A program made the position numbers and the translations under genes. The notes beneath the pieces were generated by a model. That model had not been told where the DNA came from, did no database searches, and saw only the letters and a list, made by a program, of their open reading frames with translations. A stretch of DNA of 64,000 nt from Octopus vulgaris (Eukaryota): positions 33,170,001 through 33,234,000 of the forward strand of contig OX597826.1 of the NCBI GenBank assembly GCA_951406725.2, given 5' to 3'. Of this stretch, positions 40,562 to 55,055 are shown one piece after another. Each line of letters begins with the position of its first letter. Within the stretch, counting starts at the first letter, position 1.

Positions 40562-40809
40562 TACATATGAGTTCTCCAAATATATATATTGAAAGAAAGT
40601 CAGAAAAAACACAAAAGAGCATATTAGGTTTGAGTGGCTGAAAGAAATTTTTATCTAAGATAAAATTAAAAAATACAAATTATATATATTTGGAATTCTT
40701 GTAATACAAGGAACATATAAGTTTCATTCGAATGTAGTGGACTTTTACATGAGTTAACTAATTCATATAAATAAGTAACAGCGCCCGGGCATGCATTAGG
40801 CATTTATAA

Positions 40810-40867
40810 ACAAGCATGTCGTTCGAGTCTCTACATTTTGTTGAGACTCGCACTCAGCTGTGCTTAT
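40810..40867 (-). ncRNA. Second copy of the CAGCUGAG-hairpin-GAC motif
   Basis: Minus strand reads ataagca-cagctgag-tgcgagtctc aacaaaatgta gagactcgaa-cgaca-tgcttgt. Confidence 0.35.
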
Positions 40868-40932
40868 CTAATCAATGTATTTTATATACAAATATGACAT
40901 ATATATATACTGTATGTATATATATGTGTGTT

Positions 40933-40975
<43 letters not shown>

Positions 40976-41428
40976 TTAATTATATATATATATATATATA
41001 TATACACAAACACATACAAATATATATGCACACAGGCACACATATATATTGTAGTTAATGGTTGCTGCTCATCTACAAAAAATGGTAACTTATCTTTGCA
41101 TCAATTCTGATTTTTTTTTTTTTGTTTATTTCACAATAAAAAGACGTTGAATCCTACCAATATGTTATTAGAATTTAAAATGACTATCTGATGTAAACTA
41201 AATGTTTGCATACAAAATCAAAATTATTTAGATTAAAACCAATAATAATAAAAAAAAAAAACACAATACAATCTGGTTGCTATTTGTTTTCAAATTTAAT
41301 AACAAACACTTAGTAATAATTAAGCCAAGTTTGAAGTTGTATATTTTACTTTTGATAAACATTTATGCCAGAGCAGTATGTTCAGTAAAGTAGAATTATT
41401 ATTATTATTGTTATTACTATTATTATTA

Positions 41429-42093
41429 AGGCAGTGAGCTGTCAGAATTGTTAGTTGGCCAGCAAAAGGCTTTGTGGTATTTCATCTGTCCTACATTCTG
41501 AGTTCAAATTCCGCCAAGGTTGACTTTGCCTTTCAACCTTTCAGGGTCGATAAATAAAGTACCAGTCAAATACTAAGACTGATGTAATTGACTGGTCCCT
41601 TCCCACAAAATTGTTTCAGGCCTTGTGCCTAGAGTAGAAAGGATTATTATTATTATTAAGGCAGCAAGCTGACAGAATCGTTAGCACGCTGGACAAAATG
41701 CTTAGCAGTATTCTGCCTGTCGCTATATTCTGAGTTCAAATTCCACCTAAGTTGTCTTTGTCTTTCATCCTTTTGGAGTTGATAAATTAAGTACCAGTGC
41801 TACATTGAGGTCGCTGTAATTGACTATCTCCTACACCCAAATTTCAGGCCTTGTGCCTATAATAGAAAGGATTATTATTATTATCATTAAAGCAGCAAGC
41901 TGGCTGAGTCGTTAGCTTAGTAGCATCTTGTTCTTCTTTATATTCTGAGTTCAAATTCCACTGAGGTTGACTTTGCCTTTCATGCTTTCAGGGTCAATAA
42001 ATTAAGTACCAGTTGAGTACTGGGGTTGATGTAATCAACTAGCCTGCTCCCCACCCCGAAATTGCTGGCCTTGTGCCAAAATTTGAAACCAAT
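41429..42093 (+). mobile_element. Head-to-tail trimer of SINE family C (tRNA-like head plus a Nin/Deu-like central domain)
   Basis: Units start at ~41429, 41659 and 41889. Each has ttctgagttcaaattcc and gactttgcctttcatcctttc.gggtcgataaattaagtaccag, separated by (tta)n. Dispersed copies at 9830-9955, 39000-39165(-), 43695-43910, 45235-45450(-), 50870-51005, 56905-57035 and 63900-64000. Confidence 0.85.
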
Positions 42094-45000
42094 ATTCCAC
42101 CCAGAAACAAGGATTAAGTTCCGTTGAAGTCCTCATCTTAATAAAGGACAAAGGTCAACTGCACATGTTGATGTTATTGCAGGGTCACACAACATAAAAG
42201 TGGATAAATCAAAGCTTATTAGGGGCTGTGATCCCAAGTGTGGTACAGGGAAATGAATTTTGGTTCTTTGAAGAAAAAGAAGGATATGTAGATAAATGAT
42301 TTCTTTGCTTTTATATTTTACTCATTTTAGTTATTAAACTGAGGCCATGCTGGGGCACTGTCTTGAAGAGTTTTTAATTGAATGATTTTCTTTAAGGCTG
42401 GATACTTATTCTATCAGTCTCTTTTGGCAAATGGCTAAGTTACAGGGATGTAAACAAACCAACACTTGTTATCAAGTAGTGGTGGGGAACAAGTAAAGAC
42501 ACAAAGACACACACACACACACATACATGAACATGCACACACATATATGAGCTTCTTTCAGTTTCCACCAACAAAATCCACTTACAAGGCTTCGATGAGT
42601 CTAAAGCCATAAAAGAAGACACTTGCCCAAGGTGTCACACTGTGGGACTGAACCTGAAGCCATGAGGTTGGGAAGCAAGCTTCTTACCACACAGCTACAC
42701 TTGTGCTTGTCTATTTTTTAGAAATACTTTTGGTAGCACATGGCCTTGTGGTTCGGGTATTTTGCCCACAATTCTAAGATTGTGGTTCCAACTCATGGAC
42801 CAGATGGTGCACTGTGTTCTTAAGCAAGACATTTCACGTTGCAGCATTCCACTCAGCTGGAAATGAGTTCTAGTAATGCTTGGAGAGTTAACCCCGCAAG
42901 GGACTGGTGTCGTGCTTGGGGTGAGTATAGTACTCTCTGTCACTTGTATGGCATGGAAATAGGGTCCAACTCTGGCCTTACAAGTGCCGGGGCTCTGGAC
43001 AGGTTCCCAATACTTTTGCCAGACTAGTTTCAACTTTGGTAGGCTGACCTTTTGACAATAAAACCATCGTGTATCTAATCATACGACTCATACCAGTATG
43101 AAAGTGAAAAGAAAAAAGAAATGGATGCACATTGATGATGATGATGATGATGATAATGATGATGTTGATGATGATAATGGTGGTGGTGGTGGTGTGTTTG
43201 AACATCTGCCATAAGGTTATTTAACAAATGAAATATACAGTGAAGCATACATTCATAGATCTGAAGATATTCATCCAATTTTTCATTGTTTTTTTTTGTT
43301 TGTTTGTTTGTTTTTCGTCTACCATTACGTATTACAGCATTTGAAATTGTTTTTGTTTTGTATATTTTTTTAATCTAAATTATTTCGCTTTTGTATGCAA
43401 ATTTCTATTTTCATCAGATATTTAATATAATTTCTGATGATATCATGATATGATTTAAAGTCTTTTTCTACAAAATAAAATTGCAATTTTTAATCAAATT
43501 TATCTCTAAAATATGGATGTCAAATTACAAACTAGTTTTGTTTAATGTCTGAGAAAGTATACTTTACCATTATATTTGTGTAGATAATGGCTAGATACAT
43601 GAATGTTTTGTTTCAAACCATCTTCGGTCTATCTGTTCTAATAGACGGAATGTCTACAAGAGACAAGGAAATTTCAATATTTGAGCTCAATAAAGTGGTG
43701 GCCTGGCAAAATAGTTAGAAAAAACAGCAAAATGCTAAGTGGCATTTTGGCTGTCTTCATGTTCTGAGTTCAAATTTCACCAAGGTTGACTTTGTCTTTC
43801 ATCCTTTCAGAGTTGATGAAATAAACAGCAATTGTGCGCTAGGTTGAAGTAATTGACTCAGCCCCCGCCTCTAAAATTGCTGGCCTTGTATCAAATATTG
43901 AAACCAAAATCATTTACATTTATAAGGCACTGAGATGACACATGAAGAGTGAGGGTGCTACATATTTCCCCTAAGAGGAATGAGATGGATTGTCATGACT
44001 GGAATGTCTTAGCTTATATATATATCTGCAGAATCAGGACTGACCTGTGGTTAAAACAACAACAACAACAACAACAACAGTAGCAGCAGCAGCACCACCA
44101 ACAACAACAACAAGTACAGCAAAATGTTTACAACATAGCGAAATGTTTTGACTCTGATTATCAGATTTATAATTCCCAAGAGATTTCAGAAGCCCCTTAA
44201 GGGAGTCATTAGAAGTGGGGAAAAAAAGGGCATTTCTAAGGGGCTGCTAGATTTATTATTGTCCCTATGGAATTGGGTATGTTATTATCTTCCTCCTTTT
44301 TTTCATGTGTATGTGTGTGACTCATTCCTCTGTGGTAAGGATATAGAATAGGGGGAAGGTGTGTGGGGTGTGAGGTGGGGGGTGAGATGACTTATAGAAC
44401 AAAGGAAGCAAGGCAGTAATAATATTTAGAAATCACAAATAGTGATGTTGACGAGATAAACCATTGTCCTCCTATGGATGTTCCCTTATTGATCATAGGA
44501 TGAAAACATCAATTTTATAGGGTATCATCGTCATCGTCGTCGTCGTCGTCATCATTGTTGTTGTTGTTGCCATTGTTGTCGTCATCATAAATCATCTTTA
44601 TAATCATCATCACCATCATGGCCATCACACTGGTCATCATCATTGTTGTCATCATCACCATCATCGTCATTGTCGTCATCATCATCATAGTCATCATCAT
44701 CGTCGTCGTCATCATCATCCTCCTCCTCATCATCATCATCGTTGTCGTCGTCATCGTCATCATCATCATCATTATCATCGTCATCGTCATCATCATCATC
44801 AACATCATCATCGTCGTCATCGTCATCATCATCATCGTCATCATCATCATCATCATCATTGTTGTTTATAGTCGTCTATAGCCATGGCTATTTAAGAAGT
44901 CACTTGCCCTAGGTGCCATGCAGTGGAACTGAACCTAGAACCATGTGGTTGTGAAGCAAACTTCATGCCTGTGCCCATGTATACATTTTAATATATATTC

Positions 45001-46275
45001 CTTTATTCTTTTATTTGTTTCAGTCTTTTGACTGCGGCCATGCTGGAGCACTGCCTTTAGTCAAACAAATCAACCTGAGGACTTATTCTTTGTAAGCCTA
45101 GTACTTATTCAATTAGTCTCTTTTGCCAATCCGATAATGTTAAGGGGATGTAAACACACCAACATTGGCTTTCAAGCAATGGTGGGGGGACAAACACAGA
45201 CACACAAAAATATTCAAATGCATATATATATATTTCTTTATTGCCCACAAGGGGCTAAACATAGAGGAGACAAACAAGGACAGACAAAGGGATTAAGTCA
45301 ATTACATCGAACACAGTGCATAACTGGTACTTATTTAATCGACCCTGAAAGAATGAAAGGCAAAGTTGACCTCGGTGGAATTTAAACTCAGAATGTAATG
45401 GCAGACAAAATGCCGCTAAGCATTTCACCCAGCGTGCTAACGATTCTGCCAACCAAATCCACTCACAAGGCTTTGGTCGGTCCAAAGCTATAGTGGAAGA
45501 CACTTGCTCAAGGTGCCACACAGTGGGACTGAACCCAGACCCATGTGGTTTGTAAGTAAGCTACTTACCACACAGCCACTCCTATATTTATATATATGTA
45601 ATACATATATGTATATATATGCCTTGTTGTACCATTTAACTACTTTATATATATATATATATATATATCTGTGTATGTGTGCATGTGTGTGCATGGAATG
45701 GGCTTCTTTTAATTTCCTTCTCCCAAATCCACTCACAAAGCTTCCATTGACCCAGAGCTCAAGTGCTCTTGATTGAAACTAAAACCAGTATAATCAAAAA
45801 TTCTGAATAACATGGTCTTGAACTGATGACTAAAGTTCATGAAATTGGAAGTTACCAAAGTTGAGATCAAGACAGAAAGCTTGAAAACTTTCTGAAATAC
45901 ATTCCTTCACCATCCTTACTATTTAATGCCCGTTTTCCATGCTGGCATGGGTTAGATGGCTTGTTAGTTGCTGGTGCCTCTGTGGATTTTGCCAAAATCA
46001 AATGCCCACTTCTTTGGAATTGCATCAACAGCTAGATGCCCTTCTTAATGCAAACCATTTTACTACAAGTACTGGGAGCTTTTTTATGTAGTATCAGCAC
46101 CAGTGAAGTCACAGAGTAACTTGCAAGACAAAGGCTCCTCACTGAAGATGATGAGTGGAGTTGTATTGAGGGCAGTGGCCTTGTGCCAGGAGATGAGAGG
46201 TTTAAAAGTATGACAGAGCAGCAAAGGAAGGGGCCTTGCTGTAGAGGAAATATATCACAGTTAGAAGAGAGAGAA

Positions 46276-46307
<32 letters not shown>

Positions 46308-47552
46308 AAGATGGAGAGAGAAAAGATTGAAGTGAATATGCATCAGAGTGTACCCCAAGTTACAAGGCGGTACCTCTGTATTTAAGTAAAGTCATACAGA
46401 AGACTGAACTGGATGAATTGGCAGAGAAGTTCACAAGAGGATGATGAGAGAAACAAAGAAGGAAGGGGGAAGGGGAATAGAGTGCATGGTGAATAGGTGA
46501 AGGAGAGAAGATTTAGAAGATGAGCTTTTGGAAAGGGATTTGTAAGGGACAGATGGTGTGCAGGGGTATAGACATAAACTACATGCCTTTAGGGTCTTAC
46601 TTTGGCTTAGATGAATGGGTCTTCTCAAGCACATCAAATCAATGTTAATTAACCTAATAAAGATTAATTAATTAACGTGAACATGACTTCTATTTACTGT
46701 AAATGTGACATCTCAGTTTTACAATTAACAGTTCACTGAAGACTGGGTCATTTGATTCATCAGCATCATTTTCTCATCAATAATATCTGTATAATTCTAA
46801 CCCCAAACCTTCTTTTACTGCCGTTGTTGTTTTTGTTAATCTTTTTATTTTAGCCCCAGGATACCTTGAATGAACGAGAACATGATCAGAGGTATTCTGA
46901 CTATGACCCTCCTGTTTTATTTCTATCTTCAGGGCACTCCTCCTCCTCCTCACCACCTCTACCACCAACACTGGTTAAGCAAACCTGTGATCAAAAATAT
47001 TCCATCATGACCATCCTGTCTTTTACTGTCATGCAAGAATACAACACAAATTTCAAAATATCTGGGGAGTTTTTTAATATATATAATGGGCATAATTTGA
47101 GAGAGATTCAGCTGCTATTTCCAGCTAGTTATGTAACTGCATTTAGGTGTTATGGATTAAAAGAAGGGATAACTTCTATCAAAAGATATGAAGTTGGCAC
47201 CGCATGCGTCTGAGGTTTAAGACTTATTCTGGAAAAAAAAAACCTGAAGCTCAAATTTATGATGGCTTCACTGGATGCTGTCATTTTAGAGATGGCGTTT
47301 ATGATGAAGAATGACAATTAAATTAACCAGATTGAAAAGAAAATAGTTCTGTTTGTTCTATACATGTGTGTGTGTGTGTGTATGCATGCGTGTATGTGTG
47401 TGTGTGTGTGTAGTTACACACTTATATATATGCGAGTGAATGCATATATTTTGCCTGGCGTGCTAATGATTCTGCCAGATTGCCACTTTAACAATAATAA
47501 TAATGATAACAATAATAATGATGATAACAATAATAATAATAATAATAATATA

Positions 47553-47622
<70 letters not shown>

Positions 47623-47857
47623 TATACATATAATATATATGTAGATATATATATGTGTGTATGTATATATATATATATATGTATGTATGTATATATATAT
47701 ATATATATACAGATATATATGTATGTATATATGTATATTTGCATTAATATATAAGTATGTATATTTATGTATATGCACACATATACATATGTGTGTGTAT
47801 TTTCATATTTATATCATTGATTTAACACTTACTTTTTCCATATAAATAGATTGCTTG

Positions 47858-47910
<53 letters not shown>

Positions 47911-47924
47911 TATATATAAATCTG

Positions 47925-47973
<49 letters not shown>

Positions 47974-48487
47974 CCTCGCTTAGAGATTTATTATTGTTAT
48001 ATATATACACTTATATAGAAACATATATGCACACACACACATATATATATTTATATATATATATATATATATACGCTCTCAGAGAAAACACCTTCAACCA
48101 AATCTTCTATTTCTACAAATTATATTTGCAATATCATTGGTAAAGGAAAATCAGGAAGAATACTTTCAAAAAAAAAAAAGAGAAACTTGTCTAAAAAGAC
48201 AAGTCTCTTTAGCCATTGTTCCGTTTTATCTTGTCTCCAAGAACAATGCCGATAACAATCTAATTAACATTTGATGTCACACTAAACTATACCTATTGTC
48301 CAACTCTCTTTTGTAGCAGTCTCTCTACAAAGCAATTTTCATAGCTTGTGTCTGCCCATTCACGCATGCTTTGTTACAGATTGTTACAAAGAGATGTGAC
48401 TGAAATTCTTTGAATATTCCATTTTTAGCTTCCTTGGCTCTCTCCTTTACACCTTAAGAATGCAGATTCCATTCAGATATGTATATT

Positions 48488-48526
<39 letters not shown>

Positions 48527-48596
48527 GTATATATATATATATATGTATATATATGTATATTTATGTATAAATATAATATATATATGTATATTTATG

Positions 48597-48659
<63 letters not shown>

Positions 48660-48705
48660 ATAGATAGTTATATAGATAGATGGATTGATAGATATAAATA
48701 CATAC

Positions 48706-48753
<48 letters not shown>

Positions 48754-48776
48754 ATACGTATATGTATATATATGTA

Positions 48777-48824
<48 letters not shown>

Positions 48825-48827
48825 TAG

Positions 48828-48859
<32 letters not shown>

Positions 48860-48869
48860 ATATAGATAG

Positions 48870-48935
<66 letters not shown>

Positions 48936-49281
48936 TATTTTCTTCTTGTTGCTATTGTTGTTGTTCTTCTCGAACTTATCTTCTCCCTCCTCCTCCTCTC
49001 CTTCATCATTATCATAATTATTAATGTTATTATTTTTGTTGTTGCCGTTGTTATTTAGCTTCATTTTTGAAGAATGCTGTTAATCATATCCATTGTATTT
49101 ACTGGTCAATAATTCAGTTTGTTTTGGACAATACCATCAAATTGATTTCTTCTTTTCCAATCAGTGATTTCAGTAGACATTGACTCAAAGGTTTTTCATT
49201 TGTCCAGCCAAAAGCATGCTTTCTGTACTTCATCATTTTGAAATTACATGGCTAAAAGTCTATGGAATGCTGATTCATAGA

Positions 49282-49911
49282 TTTTTCTAAGTGTAAATCC
49301 AAAATTGCACTAAACAAAATCATGAAACAAGTTGGTATTATGTACATATATTACCCATTTTGTAATCATATTTGTTATCAGTTGAAATACATTAATTTTG
49401 TTTCAGTTAATTCTAAAATTAACGAAGAATTAAACACTTGATTTGAGGAGGCAAGTGAAGTTTTTGTCATGGCCGATGACAGTACCGCTTGATTGGCACC
49501 CATTCTGGTGGTATGTGGAAAGCACCATTTGAGCATGGTCATTGCCAGTGCCACCTGACTGGCTCCCATGCTGGTGGCTTGTAAAAAGTACCATTCAAGT
49601 GTGGTCATTACCAGTGCCGCCTGACTGGCTCTGGTGCCAGTGACACATAAAAAGCACCATCTAAGCATGGCCATTGCCAGTGCTGCCTGACTGAGCCCTC
49701 TTGCTGGTGGCATGTAAAAAGCACCCACTACACTCTTGGAGTGGTTGGCACTAGGATGCTTTTTCTAAGTGTAAATCCAAAATTGCACTAAACAAAACCA
49801 TGGAGCAATTTGGTGTTATGTACATGTATTACCCATTTTGTAATCATATTTGTTATCAGTTGAAATACATTAATTTTGTTTCAGTTAATTCTAAAATTAA
49901 CGAAGAATTAA
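49282..49911. repeat. 152-bp direct duplication (49282-49433 / 49760-49911) flanking a 326-bp SINE B fragment
   Basis: tttttctaagtgtaaatccaaaattgcac...aacgaagaattaa occurs twice, with about 6 mismatches. Confidence 0.9.
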
Positions 49912-49990
49912 TTTTGTCATTTTTAATCTGATGTATGGAACATAATACAATTTTAGAAAATTACTATTTTTAAATCTCACAACTTTAGAG

Positions 49991-50434
49991 TAAAGATTGT
50001 TTGCCAACATAACATGGCAGTCCTGGTTTATGATGAATGTTGCTGTAATTTAGCCCCATGTTATGTTGGCAAATAATCTTTACTACTAAGTACTGTTGCT
50101 GAATATCTCTTGTTATGAGACTTAAAAATAGTAATGTTCTAATTTATAGATCAATAACTAGTTGTCACTTTGAAAACTATATATTTCAAACGGGAATTTG
50201 GTGGTGCCACCTCTAGCCAAGCAATTATTCTGTGCTGAAGAAGAGAAATAACCCAGAAATCACAATACACAGATATTGTTTTGAGGTGAGTGGGGTGCTA
50301 GATTCTCTTTTTCGAAAATATAAGGATGCAGATCATGTCGTATAGCTAGCTGGAGACAATGTCTCCTGAGGCTAAATTACAGCAACATTCGTCCTAAACC
50401 AGGACTGCCATGTTATGGTGGCAAACAATCTTTA
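49991..50434 (+). mobile_element. Retrozyme/PLE-like element: 352-nt terminally redundant unit plus an inverted 5' segment
   Basis: ccatgttatg.tggcaaa.aatcttta occurs at 50056 and 50408. 49991-50058 is the reverse complement of 50367-50434. An HHR lies inside the unit. Confidence 0.7.
50229..50273 (+). ncRNA. Type I hammerhead ribozyme (stems II and III degenerate)
   Basis: tctgtg-CTGAAGA-agagaaataaccca-GAAA-tcacaa-TA-cacaga. Stem I is a perfect 6 bp. Confidence 0.62.
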
Positions 50435-52563
50435 ATATAATTTTAATGGAAGAGAGAAAAAGAGAGAGAGAGAGAGAAGGAGGAGGATAACAAGAAGAAG
50501 GTGATGGTGACCATGATGAAGAAAAAGGTAGGTGTAGAAGAAGGAAGAAGAGAAGAAGAAAATGGTGATTTAGCTTCAATATTGGACTGGTATTATATTT
50601 GGTGACCCTAAAAGGATTAAAGGTGATGTTGACCTCCATGGAATGGGAACTCAGAGCACAACAAACTGGAGCAAATACCACCAGGTTTTGTATCTGATGT
50701 TCTAATAAGTCTGCCAATTTAATATCTTGATACGTTAAACGATGATGATGATGATGATGATGATGTAGATGACATGAAAATGCTTCAAATATTCCATATT
50801 TTTCAGTATCAAATTGGTAGAATTGGTAGTGTCTTGAAGAAAACAGCTTACGCTATTTTTTCAGGTTAAGGTGGCAAGCTGGTAGAAATTGTAGCATATC
50901 GGACATTTCATGCATAGCAGCATTCCATGTATCTTCACATTCTGAGTTCAAATTCTGCTGAGATTGAATTTGTCTTTCATCTTTTTGGCATTAATAAAAT
51001 ACATACCAATTAAACACTTGATTTGACGAAGGAAGTGAAGTTATTGTCATGGTCAATGACAGTACCACTTGATTGGTACCCATGCCGGTGGTATGTGGAA
51101 AGCACCATTTGAGCATGGTCATTGCCAGTGCCACCTGACTGACTCCCATGCTGGTGGCTTGTAAAAAGTACCATTCAAGTGTGGTCATTGCTGGTTCCAC
51201 CTGACTGGCTCTCATGCCAGTGACACATAAAAAGCATCATCTAAGCATGGCCGATGCCAGTGCTGCCTGACTGGGCCCTCATGCTGGGGGCATGTAAAAA
51301 AGCACCCACTACACCCTTGGAGTAGTTGGCATTAGGATGGGCATCCAGCTGTAGAAACTTTGCCAGATTGAATTGGAGCCTGGTACAGCCTTCAATCAAA
51401 CCATCCAACCCATACCAACATGGAAAGCTGTCTTTATTGTGCTTAATCTCCCTGGGGACTACAATAAGGGAACAAGTGTCTGAGGAGTGCTTGGCATGTT
51501 AATTTCACAAGCAAGCTGTTTGTTGAGCAGACTAAGTGGAGCCCTTGTTTTCATAATCTACAAATTGTCAGAAAGTCCCAACATGGGTAATTGTTTTCAA
51601 GAAGTACAAAGCATGAAACAAAGTTCATTATCAGGTAGTTTGTACTATTATAAAATTCCAGGTAATTTTTCTTTAAGCATGCCATTCAGAAAGAAATGCT
51701 GGTTACAGATTGCTCGCAACTGCTTTAGACATTTTTCAAAATTTTAATAAAATTGCATACATTTCAGAGAATGTATTTGTTGAAAACTTATTGAAAACTT
51801 TGAAAATTCCTTAAGTCATATACCAATTGTGATGTATAAATAAATTAGAAGCACTAAACATCAGATTTATAATTTAGGAAGCCAAAACCAAAACCAAAAT
51901 AATGCCAAATTATTTTCTATAACTCTTGCTGCTGTTATTTACTTATTTTCTTATTTATTTTGTTTTGCGTTATTTTGTATAATATTCTCTATTTTACCAA
52001 TTCTAAGTTGATTGATGTTCACATCCTTGAGAATATTCCGGTAGTTTTAGAGAGGGAAATCTTCAAGAAATATTAACAATACAAATGCTTCTAAAGATAT
52101 TTCTTGGCCATATATGACATATGAATAATAGAAAATTTGCAGGAAATTTTGTGCTTACATATGCAGTTCATGTTTAAAAATCGCTCATTCAAAATTCATA
52201 CGCCAAGTTTTACTAAAATGGCATTGAGCATTTTATAGAACTTCGCCATCACGAAAACGATTATGATGACGATGATGATGATGATGATAACGATGATTGT
52301 GATGATGACGAGGTGGTGGTGGAGTTTGTGGTAACAATAATAACAACAAAATGATAATGATAGCAATATAACAATAATAGCAATAAGAATAATAAGGATA
52401 AGATGATGATGATGATGATGATGATGACAATAACAATAACAATAACAATAATAATGAAAATAATAATAATAATAATAATAAAAATAATAATAATAATAAG
52501 GAAAATAATAATGATAATAATAAAAATGATGATGATGATAATAATAATAATAATAATAATAAC

Positions 52564-52679
<116 letters not shown>

Positions 52680-53692
52680 TAATAATAATAATAATAATAA
52701 TAATGATGATGTTGATGATGATGATGATAATGATGATGATAGTGACTGGAAACTAATCTAAAGTTATATTTTATGAAAGACTTTACGAAATATTCTTTTT
52801 TCTATCATCTATGACACAAAGCTGTGCAATGGAATGAAAGATGATGTAACATTTCCTTGCTTTTAAGGTTTCAATTTAGAAATAAAATAAAATTAGTTGT
52901 GTTCAGAAGTGTGTAGAAAGAAATGCCAAAAAAAAAAAAAGAAAGAAAATTTAAATAATAAAACCAAACAACAAAAACATGAAAAAACAAAGTGGATTAA
53001 GAAGAGGTGCAAGGACCAAAAGAATATCTGCGTTTCTACTCCTTCTTCTGCCCCCTGTTCTTCCACCTCATCACCATCATGGCTGCTGTCATCGTCGTCA
53101 TCATCATCGTTGTCATCATCATCATTTTCATAAGCCAACATTTTAGCTTCCATATTTGTCCATATTGGCAAAGATTTTTCTCAGACATTATATTGGGTGT
53201 TTTTTTTTTTCATAATGGCTTCTTTATGAAATTGTTTCTTTTTGAATTTTAAAATGCAGATACTTTCCTTCTCTCTTTCCAACTCTGCCTCTCCTTGTGT
53301 GCGTGTGTGTGTATATATACATATATATATATATATATGTATGTATGTATGTATGTATACATATAAAGATATATATATATATAATTATATATTTATATAT
53401 GCATATGCATATAGACATACACACACACACACACACATATATATGCATATATATATATTGGTATATCTCTATCTATCTATACATACACACACCTAAACTC
53501 TTATCTAAGATGTATGATTATAATTTTATGAATGATAGAAATCTGCAAAAGAGACCCGATAGAATAAGTACTGGGCTTACAAAGAATAAGTCCTGGGGTC
53601 GATTTGCTCGACTAAAGGTGGTGCTCCAGCATGGCCGCAGTCAAATGACTGAAACAAGTAAAAGAGAGAAAGAGAGTATATATGTATATATG

Positions 53693-53750
<58 letters not shown>

Positions 53751-54262
53751 ATTAATGAGAGATGGAAGATGGAAAATTTGAGAAAGTTTATTGATTTCTA
53801 CAATTGCTTTTACGCATCTAGCATCAATCCTTCACAGGTGGGATACTGTACTCCTGATTTAGGTGTATCTGTTGGTGTAGATGTGTCTCCTCAGGGGATT
53901 ACATGATGTATCTCCATAAAGTAACATGTGTTCCATAAATTTCATTCTTGGTGTTTGTATACAAAAGCAGCAAATTTAGGGGTACAGCTTCATTATTATA
54001 GAAGATTAATAACAAGTATCAGATGCAAAAAGAAACAGATAAACAATACAGCAAAAAAATGTGTGTGTCTGTCTATATTTGTCCCTCACCATGGTTTCAC
54101 AACTGAAGTGTTTATGCCCCTGAAATTTAGCAGGCTTAAAAGAATAAGTACTGAATTAATTGTTTGTGGTAGTGCTCCACGATGATCACGGTTTAATGAC
54201 TGAAACAAGAAGAATATAATACATACATACATACATATATATACATATATATACATACATAC

Positions 54263-54306
<44 letters not shown>

Positions 54307-54504
54307 ATGTGTGTGTATATATATATACACAGTTGTGACTGTCTGGTAAGTAGCTTGCTCACCAACCACATGGTTCCTGGTTCAGTTCCACTGCATGGCA
54401 CCTTGGGCAAGTGTCTTCTACTATAGCCTCAGGCTGAACAAAGCTTTGTGAGCGGATTTGGTAGATGGAAACTGAAAGAAGCCTGTCATATATATATATA
54501 TATA

Positions 54505-54989
54505 TAAACAAGTCAAATTGCGATAAAATAAGATTAATTATTATCGCTGGTATTTCTAGCACAAGCCATATATTTATCATATATCAGTACATTAAGGCGA
54601 AATATGTGCTAGAAACACAGAAGCTAGATAAATTTAGTGAAATGAAGATAAAAACATTTACTAACTCGGTTCCTCTTAGACTGCAGTTTCGTTCTTTTCA
54701 GCAATAAAGATAATTTATTTGCTCAGGGAGAATTCATCGGTAAGAGCCCTGTTGTTCTGAGATCCTAACTCACTAGAAGCATGTGCTTCTAATGATTTGC
54801 TCTCTCTAACTAATCAGATCACTGCGCAGACTCAGAACGTCCCGACAAAACTAGGGATTTCTGGTATATTGTCTAACGCTCAAAATTTATCGAGAAATAT
54901 GTAAACAAGTCAAATTGCGATAAAATAAGATTAATTATTATCGCTGGTAATTCTAGCACAAGCCATATATTTATTATATATCAGTACAT
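54505..54989 (-). mobile_element. Retrozyme/PLE-like element: 397-nt unit with 88-bp terminal redundancy
   Basis: 54505-54592 is repeated at 54902-54989 (2 mismatches). An HHR lies on the minus strand, and the element is flanked by (TA)n. Confidence 0.8.
54673..54746 (-). ncRNA. Type I hammerhead ribozyme, U4C core variant, GUC site
   Basis: Minus strand reads ctctta-CCGATGA-attct...agaac-GAAA-ctgcag-TC-taagag. Stem I is perfect and stem III is palindromic. Confidence 0.8.
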
Positions 54990-55004
54990 GATATATATAT
55001 ATCA

Positions 55005-55055
<51 letters not shown>

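Noticed and set aside
53750-53900. Possible degenerate HHR on the minus strand (caattg palindrome)
   Set aside because: The core is too altered to support a call.
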